DNA of 64,000 bases from an uncultured Spirochaetota bacterium. GTDB taxonomy: Bacteria > Spirochaetota > Brevinematia > Brevinematales > JAOACQ01. The position numbers and the translations under genes were made by a program. Positions 50,231-60,570 of this stretch are shown in pieces (within the stretch, counting starts at the first letter, position 1; each line of letters starts with the position of its first letter). Where the stretch lies: positions 1-64,000 of the forward strand of contig CAWIGG010000006.1 in assembly GCA_963835575.1 (NCBI GenBank), written 5' to 3'. The notes under the pieces were generated by a model. The model made no database searches, was not told the origin of the DNA, and saw only the letters and a program-made list of their open reading frames with translations.

Positions 50231-51385
50231 ATGGCTCAAGTTGCTTTAGTCAAATGCGGATCGTATGAATATAAAGAAGTTAAAGATGCTGTTTTAAAGG
50301 GCATCAATTTATTGGGAGGAATAAACCGTTTTGCGGTAAAAGGAGAGAAAATACTCCTCAAGCCCAATTTATTAGTAGGCGATCTGCCGGAAAAATGTGT
50401 CAATACTCATCCCTCTGTGTTTAAAGCTGTTGCGGAATTATTTATTTCAACCGGAGCGGTGGTAAGCTACGGCGATTCGCCGTCTTTCGGCAGCGCTTAT
50501 GCCGCGGCCAAAAAAGCCGGGCTTACGGCCGCCGCCGATGAATTAAATGTAAAAATTACCGAGTTTGACGACGGTAGAGAAGTTTTTTTTGAAGAAGGCA
50601 TTCAAAATAAGAAGTTTGTCATAGCAAAGGCTGTTCTGGAAAGCGACGGAATTATCAGCCTGCCGAAATTAAAGACTCATGCGCTTGAGAAATTCACCGG
50701 CTGTGTGAAAAACCAGTTCGGATGCATACCCGGATTATTAAAACCGGAATTTCATGTTAAACTGCCGGATGCTTATGCTTTTGCCAGAATGCTTGTCGAT
50801 GTGGACCGCTGTGTCAAACCCCGTCTCTATATTATGGATGGAATCATGGCTATGGAGGGAAACGGTCCCCGCGGAGGGAATCCAATAAAAATGAATGTGC
50901 TCTTGTTTTCAAAAGATCCGATTGCGCTTGATGCGACAGTCTGCAGGCTTATTCAAATTGACCCGGAATTTGTGCCGACTGTCAAGTTTGGTCAGGAAGC
51001 CGGACATGGAACATATATGGAAGAAAATATTGAAATTCTGGGCGACAAACTTGATGATTTCAGGATCAAGGATTTTAAAATTGACAGATTAAAAATTGAG
51101 CCGTACAAACCCGGGGGTGTTAGAAAATTCGCGCTCAATCTCCTGGTGTCCAAACCGGTTATTCATAATAAAAAATGCATCAAATGCGGTATGTGCGTCA
51201 ATATCTGTCCCGCCAGGCCAAAAGCTGTAAACTGGCACAAAAATAATAAAGCTGTACCGCCGGTTTATCATTACTCTAACTGTATCCGGTGTTATTGCTG
51301 TCAGGAAATATGCCCGGAAAAAGCAATCAGCCTGCATATGCCATTACTGCGCAGGATATTTTCAAACAAAAAAGGCAGGCGATGA
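50231..51385 (+). CDS. DUF362 protein with a C-terminal 2x[4Fe-4S] domain
   Basis: LLKPNL, NTHP, PKLKTH, KNQFG, CIKCGMCV..CP, CIRCYCCQE.CP. Confidence 0.9.
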   Translation: MAQVALVKCGSYEYKEVKDAVLKGINLLGGINRFAVKGEKILLKPNLLVGDLPEKCVNTHPSVFKAVAELFISTGAVVSYGDSPSFGSAYAAAKKAGLTAAADELNVKITEFDDGREVFFEEGIQNKKFVIAKAVLESDGIISLPKLKTHALEKFTGCVKNQFGCIPGLLKPEFHVKLPDAYAFARMLVDVDRCVKPRLYIMDGIMAMEGNGPRGGNPIKMNVLLFSKDPIALDATVCRLIQIDPEFVPTVKFGQEAGHGTYMEENIEILGDKLDDFRIKDFKIDRLKIEPYKPGGVRKFALNLLVSKPVIHNKKCIKCGMCVNICPARPKAVNWHKNNKAVPPVYHYSNCIRCYCCQEICPEKAISLHMPLLRRIFSNKKGRR

Positions 51386-51417
51386 TAATACTTTAAATAA
51401 AAGCAAAGCATATAACA

Positions 51418-51475
51418 AAATCCCGCCCCATTCAGAGAATAGATATGAATATTCCCTGTAAGGGGCGGGATTTGT
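51418..51475. terminator. Stem-loop between convergent genes
   Basis: AATCCCGCCCC...GGGGCGGGATT. Confidence 0.6.
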
Positions 51476-51513
51476 ATTTTTTATATGGGTTTTAGTACCG
51501 CACTATTCTGGTT

Positions 51514-52176
51514 TTAAAAAAAGCTGACTTCATCCAGCTCCAGATCGATTGAGGCTATCGGCTGGCCGATTGTCTCCCATTGAAGGCCGAAAGCGGACGT
51601 TAAAGAATCTTTAAGGAGCTTTTTCTGTCCCCAGCTTTCCTGCTGGAAAGACCTGAATGGAATTGTAATCTCCGTCCACTCGCTGGTTGTGGGGATAGTA
51701 TAAGTGAAATAGCAGTAATCAGTAATATTACCGGTTTTAATTTGTATTTTATAGCTCTTTCCATCTCCGCGGGTGAAAAATTTAACGCCGGTATACTTAT
51801 TGAGGTCCATAGCGGCGTTTCCAGGTAAAAAGTTACAGCCGATACCGATAAAACCATATTGAAATTTAGTAGTCACTTTTCCGGTTAATTTTGCAAAATA
51901 GGAACTCCCTTTAGCCCCGCCTTTATCCGTTTTTTCCAGCGCAAAAGGATCGGGCAGAGCTGTAGAATCGCCATTGTTGGCCGCATCATTTAAGACTGAC
52001 CAGTCGCCGCCGAAAGCAGTGGTGGTTTTGTTGTCTTCAAAATTACTGATCAACACAGGGGTTCCTGAAGATGCTGAAGGGGCCTCATCTTTTTTAACGG
52101 TCTTGTCCCCCCCGCAGCCTGACACTAATAAAAAGCCCAATAATAATAGAGACATTACTAAAGATTTTTTAAGCAT
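51514..52176 (-). CDS. Lipoprotein with a CIA30/CBM11-like carbohydrate-binding domain
   Basis: Lipobox VSGC; DL..Y.G.KF..RGDGK.Y, W.EI.IPF..F.Q..WG. Confidence 0.75.
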   Translation of the reverse strand: MLKKSLVMSLLLLGFLLVSGCGGDKTVKKDEAPSASSGTPVLISNFEDNKTTTAFGGDWSVLNDAANNGDSTALPDPFALEKTDKGGAKGSSYFAKLTGKVTTKFQYGFIGIGCNFLPGNAAMDLNKYTGVKFFTRGDGKSYKIQIKTGNITDYCYFTYTIPTTSEWTEITIPFRSFQQESWGQKKLLKDSLTSAFGLQWETIGQPIASIDLELDEVSFF

Positions 52177-52369
52177 ATTTATCCTCCTTTATAATTTCTT
52201 ATCTTTAGAAGACCCTTTTATATTCTATATTATAAAACCAAAAATTAAAAATTTAACACTACTTTAAGTAGGGTTATTATCCAACTTAAGGCAGGAATTT
52301 TTCTGTAATATACTGAAGATTATTACCCATTAAAAAAATAATTATGAATAAAAAATATTTTGAAATTCC

Positions 52370-52419
52370 TTGACAATATGATATGGATAATATATTTTAT
52401 ATGTACTACATATGTAGTA
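52370..52419 (+). promoter_or_regulatory. Promoter (TTGACA) with a perfect 16-bp palindrome TACTACATATGTAGTA (BlaI/CopY-type TACA-N2-TGTA box)
   Basis: TTGACA at 52370-52375; palindrome at 52404-52419, just upstream of the RBS. Confidence 0.6.
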
Positions 52420-52441
52420 TTTATAAATGGAAGGAGTTTAG

Positions 52442-53248
52442 ATGTCTCACAAACAGTATGTTCACGGTTATTCTGAAAGGGAATCGGTCCGGCTTTTTGA
52501 CCAGGCGCAGACGCTTGCAGAACTTCTTCATCATGATTCTGTTTATCCGGCCGGAAGCAGGATCCTTGAGGCCGGCTGCGGCACAGGCGCGCAAACGGTA
52601 ATTCTGGCTGAAAAAAACCCGGCTTCTGAAATCATTTCAATGGATATTTCCACGAAATCACTTGGAACAGCGGAAGCGCGGATTAAAGAAGAAAATATTA
52701 AGAATGTCGTATTTATTGAAGGTGATATTTTTCATATGCCTCATGAAAAGGAAAGCTTTGACCATGTTTTTGTCTGCTTTGTGCTGGAGCATCTATCGGA
52801 CCCGGCGCTGGCGCTCGGCATGCTGAAACAGGTGTTAAAAAAGGGCGGTTCCCTCTCAGGCATTGAAGGGGACCATGGCTCAGTCTATTTTTATCCGGAA
52901 AGCGCCGAAGCCCTTCAAGCCATCCGCTGTCAGATTGAGCTTCAGGCAATGATGAAAGGAAATTCTTTGATAGGCAGGCGGCTCTATCCGCTGCTCACGC
53001 AAGCCGGCTTCAGGAATGTCCATGTTTCGCCCAGGATGGTTTATGCGGACGCATCCAGGCCGGAAATGGTTGAAGGTTTTACAAAAAAGACGTTTATAGC
53101 CATGATCGAAGGTGTAAAGGAAAATGTTTTAAGTAATCATCTGATCAGCAATGAAGACTGGCAGAAAGGGATCGCGGACCTGTACAGAACTACCGGGGAA
53201 GACGGCGTTTTCTGCTATACATTTTTCAAGGGTATAGGATTAAAATAG
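52442..53248 (+). CDS. Class I SAM-dependent methyltransferase
   Basis: LEAGCGTG, FDHVFVCFVLEH. Confidence 0.92.
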   Translation: MSHKQYVHGYSERESVRLFDQAQTLAELLHHDSVYPAGSRILEAGCGTGAQTVILAEKNPASEIISMDISTKSLGTAEARIKEENIKNVVFIEGDIFHMPHEKESFDHVFVCFVLEHLSDPALALGMLKQVLKKGGSLSGIEGDHGSVYFYPESAEALQAIRCQIELQAMMKGNSLIGRRLYPLLTQAGFRNVHVSPRMVYADASRPEMVEGFTKKTFIAMIEGVKENVLSNHLISNEDWQKGIADLYRTTGEDGVFCYTFFKGIGLK

Positions 53249-53290
53249 CCGGAAGCAGTTAATATTTTAAAAAGTGCCAACCCGGATATC

Positions 53291-54346
53291 CTATTTCTTC
53301 AGTTCAAGCTCATTCAGGGCTTTTTGTACAACAGGAATATCCGGTGTTTCAAATTTCAGACCGTAAGAGTATTTATTCCGCTGCTTTTTCTTCCAGACTA
53401 TTTTGCAGAATTTTTCCTTCAGATAAAGACTGACGGAAATCCTGGAATTCAGCTTATAAACAGCCAGCCGGTTGAGGTCTTCCGGCGTTATGATTTCCAA
53501 TCCGCCCGAGGAAATGTTATTAATTTCGCATGGATTCATAACACCGAGCATCATGTCCTCGATTAAGCATTTTGAAGAGAGCTTATATCTTTTAGATTTT
53601 CTCACTTCATTTTTAAGATTGAATATTTCGTTCAGGGCGCTTTTAACGGCGGGATTAAATATAGTGCTGTTCTTTTCCAGTAATGCGTTGATTGCCTTTC
53701 CCAGAGTGTCCATGCAGTCATAGTTTGTCTGCTGAAGCAGGTTGTCGACGGTATTGGCGGCTATGACTATATAGTCTTCAACAGAAAGATCATTTTCTTT
53801 AAGACCTCTCGGATATCCGGTGCCGTCGTTCCGTTCGTGGTGGTTTAAAACAAGCCGGGCAACCTCAGGCAGCATTTTGAGATGATACAGTAACAGCCTC
53901 TCTCCCCAGATCGGATGGTATTTATTGGTCATTTTCGGGTCTTCATTTCTGAATTGATATAAAGTTCTGATGTTTTCATCAAAATCCATTTTGCCTATAT
54001 CATGAAAAAGAGCGGCGGTAATGATTTTTACCATAATACTATGATCAATTTTCAGATAATTGGAAAGAATGAAGCTGAATATTGCCGTATTCAGACAGTG
54101 TGAAAGAAACCGGCCGGGTGTTTCCAGGCATGATAATAAACGGATATAAAAATCCTCATGTCCTGCCGCTTCCTGGATGAGCTTATTGATAAAAACTCTG
54201 AGATGGGTCCGGAAATCAAGTATGTTGATGTTTTCGTCCCGGATTTCAGCCAGAAGCTTTCCGAGGGATTCCAGAAGAACTTCATAAGCCTTGAGTTTTT
54301 TAAGTTTGCTGACCTTGTCGGAAACCGGCTCGGTAATATTATCCAT
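53291..54346 (-). CDS. HD-GYP domain protein with a C-terminal PilZ domain
   Basis: HDIGK, HHERNDGTGYP; RKSKR and NISSGG PilZ motifs. Confidence 0.88.
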   Translation of the reverse strand: MDNITEPVSDKVSKLKKLKAYEVLLESLGKLLAEIRDENINILDFRTHLRVFINKLIQEAAGHEDFYIRLLSCLETPGRFLSHCLNTAIFSFILSNYLKIDHSIMVKIITAALFHDIGKMDFDENIRTLYQFRNEDPKMTNKYHPIWGERLLLYHLKMLPEVARLVLNHHERNDGTGYPRGLKENDLSVEDYIVIAANTVDNLLQQTNYDCMDTLGKAINALLEKNSTIFNPAVKSALNEIFNLKNEVRKSKRYKLSSKCLIEDMMLGVMNPCEINNISSGGLEIITPEDLNRLAVYKLNSRISVSLYLKEKFCKIVWKKKQRNKYSYGLKFETPDIPVVQKALNELELKK

Positions 54347-54643
54347 TTTTAAATTCCTTAAAAAACAATCGCTTTTCTAAATTGAACGATTTATTTTATT
54401 TATTAATAAACTTTTATTAAAAAATCGCTCAATTCAGGAATGACTTAATTTCAGGGAAATAAAATGTATTATTATAAAAATTATAACTGTATTTGATTTT
54501 TTTGTGAAATAAATTTATTCTTTATTAAATTGAATTTAGCTATTTATTTTGGCAATATTTTAATCGGCAAGATAAAATATGAGAAGATAATAATAATTAT
54601 TAATTAAAGAATTTAATAAATAATAAATATCGAGGAGGGATCA

Positions 54644-55000
54644 ATGCCGGATAATAGAAAGTTCAGCCGCGTCAATTTTAAGATAGAAAGCAAATTCATA
54701 AGTTCAAAAAAAACCTTCGGCATTAAGGTTATTAATATCTCTCTCAAGGGGCTTCTGGCGGAGATTGGTCCGGCCGTTAAGAGGGAGGATATAGAAACGG
54801 GGACCATTGAAATACGGCTGATCAATTCGGATATTGTTCTGACATTTGAAGCCGAATTGATCCATTTTCAGGACAGTCTGACCGGCTACAGGTTTATTAA
54901 AACAGACAGCGAGAGTATAACGCATCTCAGGAGGCTTCTGGAGCTCAACACCGGCAATCCAAACCAGATCGATAGTGAAATATTTTTTCTTGTTGACTGA
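54644..55000 (+). CDS. Stand-alone PilZ domain protein
   Basis: RKFSR, NISLKG, HLRRLLELN. Confidence 0.9.
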   Translation: MPDNRKFSRVNFKIESKFISSKKTFGIKVINISLKGLLAEIGPAVKREDIETGTIEIRLINSDIVLTFEAELIHFQDSLTGYRFIKTDSESITHLRRLLELNTGNPNQIDSEIFFLVD

Positions 55001-55056
55001 TAATCCGGCGGGTTTTATGTAACACTGAACATTAAAGTAATAAAAAGGAGCTTATT

Positions 55057-55648
55057 ATGCCGGGAAAAGCGTTTTTTGTTTAAACCCTGATGTTCCTGTT
55101 TTATTCATACAACTTTGCGGAGATGGACGCGCGGGTAATCATCAGAGAAACCGTTCTGGACAATTTTCTCTCCGCTGTCGGCCCCATCGGTAATACTGAG
55201 AAATTCAGTGTGGCCGGCATCAAAGGTAATTATACATGGTCCATCCAAAACCCGAGGATTGAAATCTCAACGGATAAAGCCCGGTTTATTACGGACGCGA
55301 GCGTAAAGGTGATGTCATTTACATACGATACGACCGCTTACGGGGACGTTGAGGTGAAGTATGATCCCGCCGCCAACCGGATTTCGGTCAAGATACTCAA
55401 GGCGGCTGTTCTCATCTATGCCAATCTCTTTGGAAGGAAATTCAATATTACCGAAATAGATATTTCCAGATTTTACAAAATGCAGTTTGAGTTTGCCGGC
55501 CCCCAGCCGGTCCAGACAAAAGCGGATGTGACGCTCCCGGAATGGAAAAATACGCACTGTGTTCGTGACCATTTCCCCGCAGATGCGCCTGGAACCCCAT
55601 CAGATCGCTGTCGGAAACTCTTTACAGTTTAAGGGACAGGACAATTGA
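55057..55648 (+). CDS. Hypothetical secreted protein (apparent frameshifts near 55080 and 55540)
   Basis: AGGAG RBS before ATG 55057; main frame 55090-55540; plausible C-terminus in an alternate frame ending at TGA 55648. Confidence 0.45.
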
Positions 55649-55842
55649 ACGCCGCCGCTTTCTAAAAAAATATTTTGTATCTTTTTAAAATAATGTGAAG
55701 TATATATATTTACAGAGGAAGAAGCTGTTTAATTAAATTCAATAATTTAAAATGCTTTTCTAATTAGTATTTAAGAACTGCTTAAAAAAACTCAGAATGC
55801 GGGTATTCCTGAACAGCGTCGGGGGGGAATACCTGCTTTTTT

Positions 55843-56256
55843 TTATTCCGGACGGCGGGCCTGAAACCAGAGGCACTTGTCCAGCCAGCCGCAGCCGCCG
55901 CAGATGCCGTTTAATCCGGATACGGTTTGAAATTTCCTATTGACCATTGAAAAAAGCCGTTGAGCGTTTTCAATGGTCTTTTCTTTCAGATCCAGGCCGG
56001 TTAATACTTTTAGATCGGTTTCCTTGATCCTGTCAGGCAAATCATTGTCTCTCCGGCATTCATTATTGACGCGGTGCGGGCAATGAACGCAGATAATATC
56101 GATCCCTGTTATCACTTCAAATTTTAATTCAGGCTTACCGGCAATAAGCTCAACCAGTTCGTTCATATTGGCTTCGAATTCCTGATTATAGCCGAATCCC
56201 TGGTACCCCTGAAGGCACAGCAGATGATGAGCGCGGATTTTTAAAACATGTTCCAC
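55843..56256 (-). CDS. DUF1284 family protein
   Basis: RAHHLLC.QG..G.GY...F, D.IC..CP, IC..C.W...C. Confidence 0.9.
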   Translation of the reverse strand: MEHVLKIRAHHLLCLQGYQGFGYNQEFEANMNELVELIAGKPELKFEVITGIDIICVHCPHRVNNECRRDNDLPDRIKETDLKVLTGLDLKEKTIENAQRLFSMVNRKFQTVSGLNGICGGCGWLDKCLWFQARRPE

Positions 56257-56268
56257 TGTGATTCCATT

Positions 56269-56904
56269 TTACTTCTCTTCAATATAATCCTTTTTCGGGG
56301 TTATCATGCTAATGAGGAGAGCGCCTGCAACGGATTTTATCATATCGCCGATGATAAAAGGAACTGCTCCCAGCCATAATAATTCGGGAATTCCGGCAGG
56401 TTTTCCCTTAATAAGACTGAGCCATAAACCGAGCTGTATAAGGCCCGGGACATAGATTAAGATAAGGTTTGCAGTAAGCATTATTCCAAGGAGCGGAAAG
56501 AAGCGGCGGGATGCGGCGAACTTATCAATCATATAGCCGACAAAAAGGGCCGCCAGGATAAAACCGAACAGATATCCGCCGGTCGGCCCGAAAAGTGTGC
56601 CGATCCCTCCGGTCATACCGGCAAACCAGGGTATGCCGGCAACTCCTGCGGCGACATAAATCGCGGCGCTGATGCCGCCCCAGTTTCTGCCTAATAATGC
56701 CGCGGCCAAAACGACACCAAGCTGAGTCCCGACGATGGGAACAGGAGTCCATGGAAGAAAAATCTTTACCTGGGCCAGAAGCCCCATTAAAACAGCTCCG
56801 CCGAAAGCTAATAAAGTCTTGTTTATAACGGCCGATCCGCTGCGCCATTTGAAAAAGCGGTAACGGATTCTGGAATATTGTTCTGAAATTGCGTTTATCT
56901 GCAT
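56269..56904 (-). CDS. bioY: Biotin transporter BioY
   Basis: LPWTPVP...Q, G.PWFAG, GPTGGYLFGF, PFI.GD..K; GGAGG RBS before ATG 56904. Confidence 0.93.
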   Translation of the reverse strand: MQINAISEQYSRIRYRFFKWRSGSAVINKTLLAFGGAVLMGLLAQVKIFLPWTPVPIVGTQLGVVLAAALLGRNWGGISAAIYVAAGVAGIPWFAGMTGGIGTLFGPTGGYLFGFILAALFVGYMIDKFAASRRFFPLLGIMLTANLILIYVPGLIQLGLWLSLIKGKPAGIPELLWLGAVPFIIGDMIKSVAGALLISMITPKKDYIEEK

Positions 56905-56935
56905 AATATTTCCTCCGGCTAATTTAAATCGGATA

Positions 56936-56964
56936 ATTCTAACAGAAAAATATGCAATTGTCAA
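56936..56964 (-). promoter_or_regulatory. Sigma70 promoter of bioY
   Basis: Minus strand TTGACA-17 bp-TAGAAT. Confidence 0.75.
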
Positions 56965-56969
56965 CCATA

Positions 56970-58367
56970 GGAGTTTTTGTCAAATGTTGTGTATGACATA
57001 CCCTCTCATTTTTTTATGCTGCCTTTTTTACAAGCTCTCCGTTCTCAAAAACAGCGCCTTCCAATACAAGGCTAATCTTTTCATAACCTCTTAATTTTCT
57101 CCATCGCCTGGATGCCTTATCCAGTAATTTATAGACCATTATTAGAATCGTTTCCCTGGTTCCGCAGCCTCTCATCTTTTTAGTTCTTAATCGAACTGTA
57201 GAGAAGGTAGATTCTATTACGTTTGTCGTACGGATATGTACCCAATGTTCCGCCGGACAGTTATAAAATTCGATCATAAGCTCCCAATCCTTTTCTAAAC
57301 ATTCGACAGCTGCTGGATATTTAGGATTAAAAACCGCCTGGAATAATTCAAAAGCTTTGATAGCATTATCCTTATCAGGAGCATTGCATATCTCATGAAG
57401 CATCTCTTTTGCCTTTGACTGTAATACTTTGGGCAGCTTGTTTAGAATGTTCTTTATCTTATGAACCCAGCATCTCTGCCATCTGGATTCAGGATATACT
57501 TCTTTGGCTGCTTTCCAGAATCCAAGGCTTCCGTCTCCGATAAAAAGAATAGGACCTTTCAAACCTTTTTCTTTTAGGTTTCTTAATATCCCTAACCAAG
57601 TCTCGGAATTCTCTCTGTAACCTTCTTCAACAAGAATAATCTCCTTTTCACCATTCTCATTGGCTCCGATCATTACAAGAGTGCATAAACGGTCTTCGCT
57701 GCCCTGTACATTGAAGTAAATGCCGTCAACCCATATATAGCAATACTTTTTATCGCTTAAATCGGATGTCCGCCACTCATCATATTCTTTACCCCATCCT
57801 TGTTTCATTCTGCTTATACTTGAGGCTGATAATCCTTTCGCTTCTTCACCAAGCAATCCTCTCAAGGCATTCTCCATATCCATCTCTGAGACTCCATAGA
57901 GATACAACAATGGAATGGCTTCCTCAATTCTCAGGCTTTTTCTCATATACGGCGGTACTATTAGGCTTTGAAAATTGTCGCCTCCGAGTCGGTTCCTTGT
58001 TCTCGGAATACATACATCAATAGCCCCTCCACCAATGAGAATCTGACGGGCTTTATGATACCCATTTCTTACTATTGCCTTTCTCCCGTCTTCGATAGTT
58101 AAATGCTCTCTCTCCTGAAGAAACCCATTAATTTCATCTTCCAGAGCCTTCTTGATTATTTCCCTGGCCCCGATCCTTGCCAATTCTTCAAGACATAAAA
58201 ATTCTACTGTTTCATCTTGATTAAAAGCCTGTAAGAGCTTAAAATCTTCGTTGTGCTTCGGCATATGGCGTATTCCTCCTTTTGTTTATTGTCGTAAATA
58301 AATTATAGAGGGTACGCCATCTTTTTTATAATATTTATTCCTATACACAACTTTCTATTATAACTCC
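56970..58367 (-). mobile_element. IS256-family insertion sequence
   Basis: Imperfect terminal IRs GGAGTT...TTGTGTAT at both ends, enclosing a single transposase gene. Confidence 0.88.
57014..58264 (-). CDS. IS256-family DDE transposase
   Basis: RNGY, PR.R, W.DG, GDG..G, QRC.VH, RTTN.IES. Confidence 0.96.
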   Translation of the reverse strand: MPKHNEDFKLLQAFNQDETVEFLCLEELARIGAREIIKKALEDEINGFLQEREHLTIEDGRKAIVRNGYHKARQILIGGGAIDVCIPRTRNRLGGDNFQSLIVPPYMRKSLRIEEAIPLLYLYGVSEMDMENALRGLLGEEAKGLSASSISRMKQGWGKEYDEWRTSDLSDKKYCYIWVDGIYFNVQGSEDRLCTLVMIGANENGEKEIILVEEGYRENSETWLGILRNLKEKGLKGPILFIGDGSLGFWKAAKEVYPESRWQRCWVHKIKNILNKLPKVLQSKAKEMLHEICNAPDKDNAIKAFELFQAVFNPKYPAAVECLEKDWELMIEFYNCPAEHWVHIRTTNVIESTFSTVRLRTKKMRGCGTRETILIMVYKLLDKASRRWRKLRGYEKISLVLEGAVFENGELVKKAA

Positions 58368-58481
58368 AAGCCAATATTTTTTATCAGTTTACAATTAAAG
58401 GTTTAAGGGATTATCTTTTAAAAACTGATTAACAGGTTTATTTCTGGGTATCCGGTGTGAGTTACCGGGACAATAAATCAG

Positions 58482-59216
58482 TTAGAGGCTGAAAATATCA
58501 TTAAAGACGTTCCTGATCGTGGCGCTGAATATGTTGCGGTGGCTATCCATCAGCTTCTGAACTGTTGTCTGCATTGTATCGAAGCTGTTATAATGGGTCT
58601 TTTGCAGGATATTATCGATCAGATTCGCCGCTATTATGATCTGATCGTAGATAGTCAGCTCGTTTTCCTTGAGATGTCTTGGGTAACCGGAACCGTCGTT
58701 CTGCTCATGATGATTTAATACAAGCCGGGCGATTTCCGGAGATAATTTAAGATAGGACAGGCATAATCGTTCTCCCCACACGGGATGGTTCTGTTGTATA
58801 AGGGTTGGCGCTTCATCCCGGTAAATGTATAAGGCCTTTATCTTTTCACTAAAATTGATCTTTCCGATGTCATGAAGAAGCGCGGCTGTTAAAATCATGA
58901 ACTGTATATGAGTGTCGATTTCAATATATGAAGAAATAATAAAGCTGAAAATAGCGGTATTCAGGCTGTGAGAAATAAAGGGGCTGGGTGTTTCCAGACT
59001 GGAAAGCATCCGGATAAATAACAGTTCCTGACCGGATACTTCATTGATCAGTTCGTGGATAAATTCATCCAGATCGATCTTGAAATTGGAGGCATTTGCA
59101 TTATCATCCTGTATTTCCTCGAATAATTTGCCGGTCAAGGACAATAATCCCTCATAATTATTAAGTAATTTTAGTTTTTTGGCCTTTTCCGAAATCGGGG
59201 CGGGATTCTGTTCCAT
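58482..59216 (-). CDS. HD-GYP domain protein (paralog of 53291-54346, no PilZ)
   Basis: HDIGK, HHEQNDGSGYP; colinear similarity to the paralog. Confidence 0.85.
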   Translation of the reverse strand: MEQNPAPISEKAKKLKLLNNYEGLLSLTGKLFEEIQDDNANASNFKIDLDEFIHELINEVSGQELLFIRMLSSLETPSPFISHSLNTAIFSFIISSYIEIDTHIQFMILTAALLHDIGKINFSEKIKALYIYRDEAPTLIQQNHPVWGERLCLSYLKLSPEIARLVLNHHEQNDGSGYPRHLKENELTIYDQIIIAANLIDNILQKTHYNSFDTMQTTVQKLMDSHRNIFSATIRNVFNDIFSL

Positions 59217-59483
59217 TTTATTTGCCTCTTGGGAAACATTTATAAATTATCTTTTATCACATGACAATTGTACAATTGAAAACTTAATATATCAATACTA
59301 TTTTTATTTATATATTTATTGTTTAACATTAATTGATATTTATGTTTGTTAAACTGATATCATTTTCAAACACTTTAAACTGTTGATAACTAAAAATAGT
59401 ACAAAAGCCTTATTGAAATTTTACTAATAATATTATATATTATTCTAAATATTGTCTATTTATTCGCAAAATGGAGGAAAAGT

Positions 59484-60491
59484 ATGAGATTTTTTATTAC
59501 CGGATTACTTTTCTTGGTATTTGTAAGCTGTACCGCGAATCCTTCTTCGGGTTCGGGTGGGTCAAGTTCATCCACCTCTTCGCATAGTTACATCATCTCC
59601 GGTTATACTATCACAAAAATTACTAATTATTATACTAATGACGGGCTTCCATCGGATTCTTATGGATGCATTTCTGTCCAGGGAACAAAAATAATGGCGG
59701 GGACGCTTAACTCGGGAGTTGTTTTCAGCTCTAATTATGGAACAAACTGGATTGTGATGAATAAAGCCGTTTCCGGCCTTACAAATGATCAGGTCAATGC
59801 GGTCCTTATTGATAATGGCACATGCTATATCGGCACATTCGGCGGGCTTTCCGTTTATACTCCGGCCGACGGGAAAATAACGAATGATCTCGGCGGCGTA
59901 CAGATCAGAAATATAGCCTCGAGCGCGGACACCATCTATCTGGCCACTGACAAAGGCCTTTATGTCTCGCCGAAATCAAGCATTTCATGGACCCTTTATA
60001 ACAGCGGAACTCTGGCGACTAACATTAATTTATACAGTCTCGCAATAAAAGACGGCAAATTATATATCGGAACGGCTGCCAGGATTTATATTTCCGGCCT
60101 GGATTGCAGTTCTTTTGAGTATCATGATGTAACTGCCACGTCTCCAGCCGATCCGGTTCAGACAATCATCAAAGCAGGGAATAATCTTATTGCCGGGGTG
60201 AATTATGCCGTATCCGTTTCCTCGAATGAGGGGACGAACTGGACGCTGGATGAAATTTCGACCGGCGGAGGAGCGGCGACAGGATTCGCGGCGGACAGTG
60301 ACGGTGATGTTTATCTTGTGAAATACGGCGCGGAACTTTATTATTCAAAAAATAGCGGGGTCGATTGGTCTTATGCAGTTTTTCCCGGGGCCGGCGGTTT
60401 GGGCCTTAACGCTTGGGGGATTGCCTTACAAGGCAGTACAATCTATGTCGCTCACAGCGCAGGGATTTTCATAGGAACGATTAATAAATAG
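59484..60491 (+). CDS. Lipoprotein with beta-propeller (BNR/two-component regulator propeller-like) repeats
   Basis: Lipobox FVSC, Ser/Gly linker, S.N.G..W repeats, YIGT..GL. Confidence 0.7.
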   Translation: MRFFITGLLFLVFVSCTANPSSGSGGSSSSTSSHSYIISGYTITKITNYYTNDGLPSDSYGCISVQGTKIMAGTLNSGVVFSSNYGTNWIVMNKAVSGLTNDQVNAVLIDNGTCYIGTFGGLSVYTPADGKITNDLGGVQIRNIASSADTIYLATDKGLYVSPKSSISWTLYNSGTLATNINLYSLAIKDGKLYIGTAARIYISGLDCSSFEYHDVTATSPADPVQTIIKAGNNLIAGVNYAVSVSSNEGTNWTLDEISTGGGAATGFAADSDGDVYLVKYGAELYYSKNSGVDWSYAVFPGAGGLGLNAWGIALQGSTIYVAHSAGIFIGTINK

Positions 60492-60570
60492 GATCATACA
60501 ATTATTATAATTAACGGCAGAAACCCTTTTGGATTTCCGCCGTTTTGTTTTTTTAGTAAAAATAGATATT

